64,000 bases of DNA from an uncultured Desulfobacteraceae bacterium (GCA_964520425.1 CAZFMX010000008.1:2314-66313), one strand, 5' to 3'; positions 48,101 to 56,763 are shown, counted from the first letter of the stretch. Notes: a model not told the origin generated them from the sequence alone. Program-made: numbers and translations.

Positions 48101-48502
48101 CTAAGCCGGTTTTTCTTTCACTCTCCTCAATACCGTTCCTTCCATCTTTTTGAATACGCCTTCGGTGGTTGTGATATTTATTCCAAAATCCACAGCGAGA
48201 TCCTTGATAACAGGATAGCCCCTCATGGGTTCCACAAGGATCTCTTCTCCTGGATGAAGGACCCTTGAACAGGTCCGCATACCTTCACCATCCACCATCA
48301 TGGTACAGGACATGCACCAGGAACAGCCACAGCAATAATCCCGAAAGGCAAGCGTATCATCGATATGGTCCCGCACGTATTTGATGGCAGTCAAGAGGAG
48401 TAATCCTTCATGATAAGGGACCTCATAGGTCTTGTACGTAGGCATTAAATCCAAGACGGGATTATATCTGAAGATCTTTAAGGAAACCGGTTGGTTCGTC
48501 AT
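48101..48502 (-). CDS. [2Fe-2S]-only FrdB/SdhB N-domain-like protein
   Basis: 133 aa. LKIFRYNP...YEVPY (SdhB-type N-terminus), a Cys cluster CCGCSWCMSC...C, and no C-terminal 4Fe-4S/3Fe-4S Cys motifs. 4-nt overlap with the upstream flavoprotein gene. Confidence 0.65.
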   Translation of the reverse strand: MTNQPVSLKIFRYNPVLDLMPTYKTYEVPYHEGLLLLTAIKYVRDHIDDTLAFRDYCCGCSWCMSCTMMVDGEGMRTCSRVLHPGEEILVEPMRGYPVIKDLAVDFGINITTTEGVFKKMEGTVLRRVKEKPA

Positions 48503-50214
48503 ATTCTTCCCTCCGGATCACATTTTGTGATTACAACGGGTGTGGTCCCCATCTCCATTTGATCGGATTTCTTTATGACACGTGTATGTTTCAGCCATTC
48601 AGATTTTGTCTCTGGAAAATCCTCTCGAAAGTGGGCCCCCCTGCTTTCAGTTCTGTGAAGGGCCGACACGATAATCATCTGCGCCACCTCCAGCATGCAG
48701 GGCGCTTGAATGGCTTCAATCCAGCCCAGATTAAAACACTGACCGGTGGGCGCGCGCATCTTGGGGAGATCATAAGCCCTCAGAGATTCCAACTCTGATA
48801 AGGCCTTTTTAAGATCCGTCTCTCTCCTTGCCACACCCACATATTCCGACATTAAGGTGGCAATCCGGTCCATGATGACTTTAGGAGCGATTCCTTCATC
48901 CCTGAAAAATGAACACAACCTCTCGTACTCCCTTCTAGAGGGATCTTCGAACCTTGCTTGTTCAACTCCTTTGACATATTCAGCGGCATACCTACCTGCC
49001 CTGGCGCCGAACACGATGATCTCTACCATGGCGTTCCCACCCATCCTATTGGCTCCATGCACACCTCCGGAGACCTCACCTGCCGCGAAAAGTCCTTCCA
49101 GATTGGTCTGACATTTCTCATCGATCCTGACGCCACCCATAAAGAAATGGGCGCCACCAGGAGTGAATTCAATCCGCCAGTTTTTCGGATCAGGATCATT
49201 CAAACTCATCCTTTTAATGAGCTCCCACCTCTCTTTTGCGATATCGACGGCAAGAGAGTGTTTGAGTTGTTCTTTGATCTCTTCACTGGAAAGAGGAGAC
49301 TTTGTAAGATCAATAAACACACCTCCCCTTTCAGTACCTCTGCCTTCCTTTATTTCTTTATAGGCTGATCTTTGGATCACATCCCTCGGCTGGGGTTGCT
49401 GAATGAATTCATCACCAAGGGCATTGATGTATTTGCCACCGCACATCATGCACAACAATTCGGGATTTCCAAGAAGCCATGGTGGATAAAGCTGATTACC
49501 CGTGAATTGAACCATCTCCATATCAATCAGTTCCGCTCCCGCGTGGTATGCCATGGCATAACCCATACCGGTCGCATGACCATGCATACCAAAAGGTGCG
49601 TTTGTTGAATGGGGATAGATCTCTCCCAGACCACCGGATGCAAGGACAGTCGCCTTTGCTCTGATAATGAAATATTCTCCTGTGCGTATGCTGAGGACAA
49701 AGGCGCCTGTGACCCGATTATCTGATGTTATTAACCTGGTCGTGAGGACGTCTTCGTACACGGTGATGTTGTTGTGACGGGTCATCTCATTTCTTAATGC
49801 CTTCATGTAGGTGACACCTGGTATGTAATGGCCCCTGGGATAAGAAGGTCGTTTATCCGGTCCCGATGGAGGCCCCCCTCTGGATTCCCTACTAAAAGGA
49901 ATCATTTGCGCCCCCCAATCTATGAGCTCCTGTGCCCTTTGGGGACCTTCCTGTGTCAAGGCCTCAACAAGGTTCTGATCATTCAGATAACAGCCAAAGC
50001 GGAGGATATCCTCGAAAAGGAAGTCCGGGCTGTCATTCGGGTGTTCCACCCATTGCATCCCTCCATTGGCCATGGCAGTAAGTCCACTCTTTCCTATCGG
50101 GCCCTGGTTGAGGATGGTGATCTTCATTCCGGGCTCCTTAGTCGCAGCCTCAATGGCTGCCCTGGCCCCGGCACCGCCGGCACCGATCACCAAAATATCT
50201 GTACTGATTATCAT
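48499..50214 (-). CDS. FrdA/SdhA/NadB-family FAD flavoprotein
   Basis: 571 aa with DILVIGAGGAGARAA, GLFAAGEVSGGVHGANRMGGN and HRTESRGAHFREDFP. Confidence 0.8.
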   Translation of the reverse strand: MIISTDILVIGAGGAGARAAIEAATKEPGMKITILNQGPIGKSGLTAMANGGMQWVEHPNDSPDFLFEDILRFGCYLNDQNLVEALTQEGPQRAQELIDWGAQMIPFSRESRGGPPSGPDKRPSYPRGHYIPGVTYMKALRNEMTRHNNITVYEDVLTTRLITSDNRVTGAFVLSIRTGEYFIIRAKATVLASGGLGEIYPHSTNAPFGMHGHATGMGYAMAYHAGAELIDMEMVQFTGNQLYPPWLLGNPELLCMMCGGKYINALGDEFIQQPQPRDVIQRSAYKEIKEGRGTERGGVFIDLTKSPLSSEEIKEQLKHSLAVDIAKERWELIKRMSLNDPDPKNWRIEFTPGGAHFFMGGVRIDEKCQTNLEGLFAAGEVSGGVHGANRMGGNAMVEIIVFGARAGRYAAEYVKGVEQARFEDPSRREYERLCSFFRDEGIAPKVIMDRIATLMSEYVGVARRETDLKKALSELESLRAYDLPKMRAPTGQCFNLGWIEAIQAPCMLEVAQMIIVSALHRTESRGAHFREDFPETKSEWLKHTRVIKKSDQMEMGTTPVVITKCDPEGRI

Positions 50215-50288
50215 GGCTGTCTCCTTTTATTAAACAAATCAACTCTGCTCATCCCAAGTGCTTAATAATATGAGGCTATAGTTCTATT

Positions 50289-50505
50289 GCGAAGCAAGAG
50301 AATGGTGATGAAATCTTTTCTTGGATTCCGAGTCTCCCGGCCTGGTCATTTCAAACAGTTACGGACGGGTGATGCCTCCCCCCTCCGCTGTTCTTCCCGC
50401 TTCTTCGAAGCGGAAAGCCAGGGGGTCCCCCATTCCGTATCTGTTTGAAATAACGTAGGCCTCCCGACAGTCACCTCGAAAAGACCTCATCACCATTCTC
50501 TTCGT
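50289..50505 (-). repeat. Family-A structured long-hairpin element, copy A2 (between SDR and flavoprotein genes)
   Basis: Core CCCCCCTCCGCTGTTCTTCCCGCTTCTTCGAAGCGGAAAGCCAGGGGGTCCCCC. Inner stem 50346-50369/50428-50453. Outer stem GAATGGTGATGA/TCATCACCATTC. The strand given is the G-U-favoured one, which is the operon strand. Confidence 0.7.
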
Positions 50506-50613
50506 TTGCTGGAAGATCTCTTAATAATCCACACTCATAAACCGGATGAACCATTATCCCTAACAGATTCTATGACACATGGGGCATGGGTTGGGGGAAT
50601 TCTACTGAAAATA

Positions 50614-51339
50614 CTAATGAGCCCCAACCATGGATGCCGCCATATAACTACTCACCTCCGAAGCCAGAAAAGCGACTATCGGCGCCACATCCTGAGGTGT
50701 ACAAAGCCTCCCAAGCGGTAGGGTCGGCGCGATGCTGTCCATTCGAGGGTCGTCAGTCGTAAGCCCAGTAGCACCGAGACCTGGAGAATAGACCGTAACA
50801 ATGATCCCACTTCCTTGCACCTCCTTGGCCAGTGCCCTGGTAAACATCACCACTCCTGCTTTCGCTGCGCCGTAGGTTGATAGGGTCGGTATCCCCTGCC
50901 CTCCGGAGGTATTGATAATACGGCCCTGCTTGCGTGATATCATATACGGGAGAACAGCATGGACCACGTTCATCTGTCCGTAAAGATTGACGCCGATATC
51001 GTAATCCCAATCCTCTTTTGTCATCTTCATAAACGGTATCATCTTACTGCTGGCACCCGCGTTATTGACCAGGATGTCTATCCTATTGAATTCATCAATT
51101 CCCTTTTTTACCATTTCATCCACTTGGGTCCGGTCCCTAACGTCAACCTTCATGGTGATCACCTTTCTCCCCAAGGCCTTGACTTCATCACCGGTCTGAT
51201 TTGTCCCTTCAAGATCAATATCACACAGGATAAGATCACACCCCTCCTCAGCAAGAGTGAGAGCGATGGCCTTTCCATAGCCTATCTGACTTCCCGCTCC
51301 AGTAACGAGTGCTACTTTTCCGTTCAATTTCAGATCCAT
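50614..51339 (-). CDS. Short-chain dehydrogenase/reductase
   Basis: 241 aa with VALVTGAGSQIGYG, NNAG and YGAAKAG. Confidence 0.85.
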   Translation of the reverse strand: MDLKLNGKVALVTGAGSQIGYGKAIALTLAEEGCDLILCDIDLEGTNQTGDEVKALGRKVITMKVDVRDRTQVDEMVKKGIDEFNRIDILVNNAGASSKMIPFMKMTKEDWDYDIGVNLYGQMNVVHAVLPYMISRKQGRIINTSGGQGIPTLSTYGAAKAGVVMFTRALAKEVQGSGIIVTVYSPGLGATGLTTDDPRMDSIAPTLPLGRLCTPQDVAPIVAFLASEVSSYMAASMVGAH

Positions 51340-51354
51340 TTTCTCCTCCTTAAA

Positions 51355-51495
51355 TAGTTTCCATCCAGAAATGGCCCTTTTTCACAATTTCTACGTCAAT
51401 CCGAGGGATTGCTTGTGCGACGTGCCACATGCATGCCTCCGCACAATCCCTTGATTTCCTTGAACTTGTAAAAAATCATCCACTTCTGAATTGAA
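51355..51495. mobile_element. Family-F MITE-like element, degenerate copy F4 (between AOR-608 and SDR)
   Basis: TTTCCATCCAGAAATGGCCCTTTTTCACAATTTCT... and ...TTCCTTGAACTTGTAAAAAATCATCCACTTCTGAATTG align with both ends of F3. Confidence 0.5.
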
Positions 51496-51588
51496 AACGA
51501 GCTCCTCGTGTTATTTTGTTTCCGGGTGGACACTAAATAGATTTGTTAAGAGACTCTCTGCTTTACTGCCTGGTGTTGAGATTGATTT

Positions 51589-53367
51589 TCATCCCAGCGC
51601 ATCAAGAGATTCAAGATCCGGGATCACGAACTCAAGTCCGAGGTGTTCAAGTTCCGCCCTCAGCGGCAGGCCCTTTTCAGAGAGGTTCAACGCCTTAACG
51701 AAATAGTCTCTTTTCTCATCCTCCCACTCTTCCCTTTTCCAGACCCATGTCTTGCCATATTTGTTGGTTACAGGCTCATCAAAGGCCCTTTCAGGAAGGT
51801 TCGAGTCCTTATTTGGGTGATACCCTTCCCTTAGGCTGACACACCTGCCTAGTAAATCGATTCGTCGACTGATATCGTCTAATTCACCGGGTGAGAGTTC
51901 CCATCCCGCGGCGGTATTGACAAATTTTCGAATCACTTCATTCGGCGGGCCCCATATCGCGTAAAAGGGGAATGATGAGAAGAGACAGATAGTCGCTGAA
52001 TCAAACAGACCCATTCCATCGAAGTGCCTTGTGCCGTAGGGAAGCGGCATTCCATGTTCCCTGTTTCTGACATCATATCTGGGAATGGATGCATTGGCGG
52101 GAGAACACCATGCATACCAAGCGGATTCCTTTCCAAACACATCAATCGCGTACCAGTATCCTTCGGCCATGGCAGCAGGCGCGCGATCTTCTTTGTAAAC
52201 GATCTTCTTGACCAGCTCTATGGTCGCGTCCCGGTCGCCCCACTTAAGGTCAATTCCGCCCAGGTCCTCTTTTGTTATGATTCCATGTTCATACAAGTCC
52301 ATGGCCCATGCGATATGTCCCTGAATATCTTCCGCGTCAACCCCCAACTCTTCAATCAGGGTGTTTATCTCTTCTACTTCATCGTAACCCATCATGGCGT
52401 TACCGCAAAGACCCGATGTGTTGCCGTGTCTCAGTTCACCGCCAAAAGCGCCGTATGGTGTGTTCTTGAAAAAAGGCATAAAGCAGGGAGTCGCGCATCC
52501 GGGGCATCCGTCCGCCCATACCCTATAGCTCAACTCATGGGATATATGGTCGCTTTTGTCCGCCACAGGGTCCCATGAGGAATGGGCATTCTTAATCGGG
52601 TCTCCCCCGTAATTAAGGAGCGCCCTCATGCCGTCACTCGCGCCGTAGCGACCCCATTCCTGGTTTTTCTGTGACGCGGTGACCGGATGCATGGCATAGG
52701 TCTTCCTGAGCTCCCACACCTTCCCATGATCCGCGTACAAAGGTGTCCGTGTCCCCTTGACGGCCACTGCCTTGAGATTCTTAGACCCGAACACAGCCCC
52801 TACACCGCTTTTGGATGCGCTGTGCACATTTTCCGTCGCGGCATTGGCGTAGCGGACAAGATTCTCCCCTCCCGGGCCTATACAAAGGGCAGCGAATTCC
52901 ATTCCTGTCTCCCGGTATAACCGGTCCCGAATCGTGTATTCAGTCTTCACCAGATATTTTCCCCATAGAAAAGACGCGTCTCTCACCTCTACCTGGTCAT
53001 TATATACAAAAAGGTAAACAGGACTTTCAGCCCTGCCCCTTATCAGAATGCCGGCATTATAATGGGCCCTAACAATCTCATCCCCTATATAACCCGATAC
53101 CGTGGCTTCTCCTGCCCAACCTGTTAGGGGTGACAGAAAGGAGCAGCTGACCTTGGTACCCATAAGTCCTGTTATCGGTCCCACACCGATATGCAGGATA
53201 TTATCCGGACTCAGGGGATTCACTCCCCCGGGAACCAAGTCCCAGATCAGTTTGCTGCCGAGACCGCTTCCTCCAAGAAAAGAAAGGATATTATCCGTAA
53301 CGTCGATCACACGGCTGGTCTTAGCCGTCAGATCGACTTCCAGCAGGTTATACCTTATCTCAGCCAT
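51589..53367 (-). CDS. AOR-family tungsto/molybdopterin oxidoreductase, divergent paralogue (593 aa)
   Basis: The ORF opens at 53415. Met17 at 53367 gives an ATGGCTGA overlap with the upstream stop. AOR N-domain (LLEVDLT...LGGSGLGSKLIW, VSCSFLSPLTG, GVGAVFGSKNLKAVAVKG). The Fe-S region reads CPGCATPC, unlike the canonical paralogue. Confidence 0.8.
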   Translation of the reverse strand: MAEIRYNLLEVDLTAKTSRVIDVTDNILSFLGGSGLGSKLIWDLVPGGVNPLSPDNILHIGVGPITGLMGTKVSCSFLSPLTGWAGEATVSGYIGDEIVRAHYNAGILIRGRAESPVYLFVYNDQVEVRDASFLWGKYLVKTEYTIRDRLYRETGMEFAALCIGPGGENLVRYANAATENVHSASKSGVGAVFGSKNLKAVAVKGTRTPLYADHGKVWELRKTYAMHPVTASQKNQEWGRYGASDGMRALLNYGGDPIKNAHSSWDPVADKSDHISHELSYRVWADGCPGCATPCFMPFFKNTPYGAFGGELRHGNTSGLCGNAMMGYDEVEEINTLIEELGVDAEDIQGHIAWAMDLYEHGIITKEDLGGIDLKWGDRDATIELVKKIVYKEDRAPAAMAEGYWYAIDVFGKESAWYAWCSPANASIPRYDVRNREHGMPLPYGTRHFDGMGLFDSATICLFSSFPFYAIWGPPNEVIRKFVNTAAGWELSPGELDDISRRIDLLGRCVSLREGYHPNKDSNLPERAFDEPVTNKYGKTWVWKREEWEDEKRDYFVKALNLSEKGLPLRAELEHLGLEFVIPDLESLDALG

Positions 53368-54106
53368 TTTTAGATCCTTTCCCCATTGTCTCAGAACTCC
53401 ATGAGGGATAGGCAATGCTCTCCCGTGTCAAAGGGTAGAGCCTTTTAGAGACCATCCAAGCCTTTTCATCAGAGCTTCTCCTGGACATATCTCGCAAGGG
53501 ACGTCCCCTTTCATTCTGGTTTTGAAAGTAGAGGGCGGTTGTGGGACATATTTGGACACATTGGGGCTCTCGTTTTCCGCTGTTATCCGTATCACAGAGA
53601 TCACATACCAAAGGGGCGTCCGAAACATCTGAATTAAACCGGATAGCCTCAGTCGCGCAGGCTTCTTTGCATAACGCGCAACCCGTGCAGGTCTCTTCGT
53701 TAACCACCATATGAAGTGTGTCTTTATCAAAAGAGATCGCCGGTGGATCGACAGGACAGGCCGCTTCGCAGGGTCTTTCTTCATCCTGACACTGACAGCA
53801 TGTTACGATTATCGCCTTTGGCAAAGGCAAAAGGAATTTTCGGACATATATCCTGGCAAAATCTTTATTGATAACCCCAAAATGTTTCATGGAACATGCC
53901 TCCGCACAGAGCCCGCAACCCACACATTTCATGACGTCGGAATCAATAAAGGCCGTTCCTTTTGGGGGCGGATAGACTTCCCTCCCCCACACCGGCAGGA
54001 CTGGTTTGGGCGGATGTGTTTCTTCAATGTGTGTCTTCAACGCATTGAGTTCTTGGAATTGCTCTTCGCAATAGGGGCAGGTGTACTTAACGACAACCCG
54101 TGTCAT
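53360..54106 (-). CDS. Four-cluster [4Fe-4S] polyferredoxin with an N-terminal C2H2 zinc finger
   Basis: The ORF opens at 54202. GGAGG lies 8 nt before Met33 at 54106 (MTRVVVKYTCPYC...). Cys motifs are CVGCGLCAEAC, CCQCQDEERPCEAACP, CTGCALCKEAC and CDLCD...CVQICP. Confidence 0.8.
   Translation of the reverse strand: MTRVVVKYTCPYCEEQFQELNALKTHIEETHPPKPVLPVWGREVYPPPKGTAFIDSDVMKCVGCGLCAEACSMKHFGVINKDFARIYVRKFLLPLPKAIIVTCCQCQDEERPCEAACPVDPPAISFDKDTLHMVVNEETCTGCALCKEACATEAIRFNSDVSDAPLVCDLCDTDNSGKREPQCVQICPTTALYFQNQNERGRPLRDMSRRSSDEKAWMVSKRLYPLTRESIAYPSWSSETMGKGSKNG
54014..54085 (-). other. Classical C2H2 zinc-finger motif
   Basis: YTCPYCEEQFQELNALKTHIEETH fits Y-x-C-x2-C-x3-F-x5-L-x2-H-x4-H exactly. 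Confidence 0.7.
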
Positions 54107-54138
54107 TCTGCTACCTCCTGTTTCGTTGTTTCTTGATC

Positions 54139-56022
54139 TCAGAATTTCAGGTTCAATTCTTCCAGGGTCTCCTTCAGGGGCAGTCCTGTCTTCTCGTTCC
54201 ATCCTCGAAGACGATAGTATTCTCTGAGCATATGGGTGAATTTATCTCGATCGAGGACGTTTCCGACCGGACTTTTTGAATCATCATCAGGACCAGGCAC
54301 CATCATAAGGCCCATGGGTTTTAACGGTTCCTTGAAATTGATCTCCGCAGGAAAATCTGCTTCAGGCACTTTTCTTCCCTCCCTGAGTTGAACAGCCCTC
54401 TGTAAGAGGACGACCCGCTTCACACAAGCGTCTATAAAACCAGAATCCAGACCAGTAACCGCTGTGAATATTTTAGCCTCCAGATCAGGATCTCCCACCC
54501 CACCCGGTTTACTAAAGGAATAAGCTAGAGGCCACCCTAAATCGCAAAGACCAAGGCAGTCCTCCAATAAGACCCTATCCTGAATTTTAACGGCAGCCAG
54601 GGCCTTACCCTCATAGCTTGAACTATCAGCAGACGCAACGCTGCCCCAGAAGGCTTTGGCAATCGCCTGAAACACTTCCAAGGTAATGGGATTACTTCCC
54701 GGACTCATCATATTGAACATCAAAGCGGCCCTGGCAAAACCGGCATGGGCAATGGGCCGACTCATCCTGGGCTCCATGGGATCAAGAAGGGCATGGACAA
54801 CAGAAAGCCGAGGCAGGTTCGCGTCAACCTCTCCCACGGGTTGAACCGAGGGATCAAGCAGCGTCCGTGCCTTTTCCGGGACTTTATCAACAGCCCTGAA
54901 TAATCCTTCAGCCAAGATATCGCCAAAGCCTTTGCGGTACGCTATGGAATGGAGGAGGATTTCCAAAAACTCCCTTGTGCCCATCCTGGCTAAAGGCAGA
55001 CCGGTCTCCTCTTCGGTAAGGGCCTGGTTTTGAGCGCATGTATAGAGCCAATTCAACATGTTCCGAAGTTCAAATGTGCATATGGAGTAGTCATTGGCAA
55101 GGGTCGGTGCGTCAAAGAAGGTCTCAACAGGCTCATCCTCCTGACCATACTTCCACGGAAGATAGTATTCCATGGCCTGACATCGCCGAACTCCCTCAAA
55201 GTCCGATCTCTTACCATAACGATACCTGTTTCTGTTGCAGTCCAGACCGCACTGATAGCAGTTGTCTTTTCCGATGGCCTCAAGCAGATGGCCATGACCA
55301 CTCATTGTTACCTCCGGAGGAATACTCATATCAAGCCGCTTGCTCATCTCTATTGTATAGTGGTTGAGTTTTTTGAGCTGATCGGGATCTGTTACGGAAG
55401 GCTTGCCCGTTCCCTTGACGACGATTGCCTTGAGATACTTGGAAGCCATGACCGACCCGAATCCACCGGTTGAAGTAGACTGGTGGGATCCAAATATGAT
55501 AGCCGACCTTACAAGTTTTTCACCGGCCACACCGGTGGTGAGGAAACGCGCTCCTTTACCGTGTTTCTGATTCAATATCTCTCCCACACGATATGCCCCT
55601 TTACTCCACAAGGATGAGGCATTGCGAAGCTCGATGCTATCGTCCTGAATCCACAGGTAAACAGGTCTTTTCGCCCGACCTGTAAAGACAATACCGTCGT
55701 ATCCAGCTTTTTTTAACTCAGAAGGAAAGAAGCCCCCCATATTCCCGTAACAGTATTGCTCCGGATAAGTCATGGGAGATTTGCCGACTACGGCCATTCG
55801 TGTCGCCCCTTGGGCACCTGTGGTTACGAGCGGCCCTGTCATGAAGATCAGGGTGTTTTCAGGGTCAAATGCCCCGGTTTCCGGTTTCACTTGTTCCCAG
55901 TAAAGTTTTAAGGCAATGCCGCGACCGCCCAGGTATTCTTCACTGTACCTCTCTGTCGGGAACTCGTTTATCTCCAATGTGTTCAGGTCCACATTGAGTA
56001 TCTTGCCCATCCATCCGTGCAT
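54139..56022 (-). CDS. AOR-family tungsto/molybdopterin oxidoreductase, divergent paralogue (627 aa)
   Basis: MHGWMGKILNVDLNTLEI..., LGGRGIALKLYW, GGFGSVMASKYLKAIVVKG, Fe-S region CYQCGLDC. The C-terminus YYRLRGWNEKTGLP is typical of the family. Confidence 0.8.
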   Translation of the reverse strand: MHGWMGKILNVDLNTLEINEFPTERYSEEYLGGRGIALKLYWEQVKPETGAFDPENTLIFMTGPLVTTGAQGATRMAVVGKSPMTYPEQYCYGNMGGFFPSELKKAGYDGIVFTGRAKRPVYLWIQDDSIELRNASSLWSKGAYRVGEILNQKHGKGARFLTTGVAGEKLVRSAIIFGSHQSTSTGGFGSVMASKYLKAIVVKGTGKPSVTDPDQLKKLNHYTIEMSKRLDMSIPPEVTMSGHGHLLEAIGKDNCYQCGLDCNRNRYRYGKRSDFEGVRRCQAMEYYLPWKYGQEDEPVETFFDAPTLANDYSICTFELRNMLNWLYTCAQNQALTEEETGLPLARMGTREFLEILLHSIAYRKGFGDILAEGLFRAVDKVPEKARTLLDPSVQPVGEVDANLPRLSVVHALLDPMEPRMSRPIAHAGFARAALMFNMMSPGSNPITLEVFQAIAKAFWGSVASADSSSYEGKALAAVKIQDRVLLEDCLGLCDLGWPLAYSFSKPGGVGDPDLEAKIFTAVTGLDSGFIDACVKRVVLLQRAVQLREGRKVPEADFPAEINFKEPLKPMGLMMVPGPDDDSKSPVGNVLDRDKFTHMLREYYRLRGWNEKTGLPLKETLEELNLKF

Positions 56023-56081
56023 AGCGTTACCTCATTTGCATTTAGTCCATGAAAATGCCCTGAGAAAAAAAGGGCTACATC

Positions 56082-56315
56082 GCAAGGTAGTATTGCTCAT
56101 GGGACAAAGGCAATTCTTTCGTTCCGAGGCTCCCCGACTGGTCTTTTCTACGACTTATCTGCAAGGGAAACTTGCCCCCTCCGCTGTTCTCCCGCTCCTT
56201 CGGAGCGTGATCCAGGGCTTCCCCCACAGATAAATCGTGAAAAGACGGCGTCCCCCCACCAGTCACTTCAGAAAAGCCTTTGTCCCTCGATCCCTCTCCG
56301 AGGAGCTTCATTATC
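56082..56315 (-). repeat. Family-A structured long-hairpin element, copy A3 (5' of AOR-627)
   Basis: Aligns with A1 (reverse complement) and A2. Inner stem 56151-56167/56221-56237. Apical hairpin CGCTCC-TTCG-GAGCG. The strand given is the G-U-favoured one. Confidence 0.75.
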
Positions 56316-56377
56316 TGCTTGTCCTATGAATTGACCTCTAATAACCCATCCCGGTTCATTTCCCGCTTTCCTTGCAT

Positions 56378-56525
56378 AGTATTCATCCAGAAACGAGGAA
56401 TTTTGGCCAAGGTCAAGGAACGCGAAGGTTGTAACCATAGGAGTACACTTAAGTATTTCGAGGATTACAATCTGAAGCGTGACGCAGAGATTGTCCAAAA
56501 AGGCCGTTTATGGATGGACACTACA
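56378..56525. mobile_element. Family-F MITE-like element, copy F1
   Basis: Aligns over about 145 bp with the reverse complement of 62101-62245 (e.g. GGTCAAGGAACGCGAAGGTTGTAACCATAGG vs GGTCAAGGAACGTGAAGATTGTAACCACAGG). The termini are degenerate. Confidence 0.65.
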
Positions 56526-56763
56526 TAACATATAAATCATAAATGAGGGAGAAATTATGAGCGGAGATATGATACTTGCATTCCCATTTCACATGAGCCA
56601 TACTCTGACAATCTGTTTTTACATCTCTCCTGGGTTGACCTTTTTTAAGACTTCTTCAAGAGGGCGTCTCTAGCAGTTGTTTCGCTTAAGATAGATCTAT
56701 GACGAATAGGTCCCATAGAGGGAACCCAAAGGCATCAATCCAGCCTGGTAAATCTTAAAATGA

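Noticed and set aside
51589-56022. Calling the two divergent AOR paralogues BamB (class II benzoyl-CoA reductase)
   Set aside because: The N-terminal resemblance is family-wide. No bamDEFGHI-type (HdrA-like or NuoEF-like) genes are nearby, and I cannot verify diagnostic residues without an alignment.
56023-56320. Moco/Wco riboswitch upstream of AOR genes; also checked 58541-58926, 24685-24778, and cobalamin riboswitches at 45528-45720 and 39300-39544
   Set aside because: I could not find the conserved cores I remember (CCUCCGAG...GGAGG pairing for Moco; the GCCACUG B12 box). The CCGAGG strings present belong to the family-A repeat. An Infernal scan against Rfam would be decisive.
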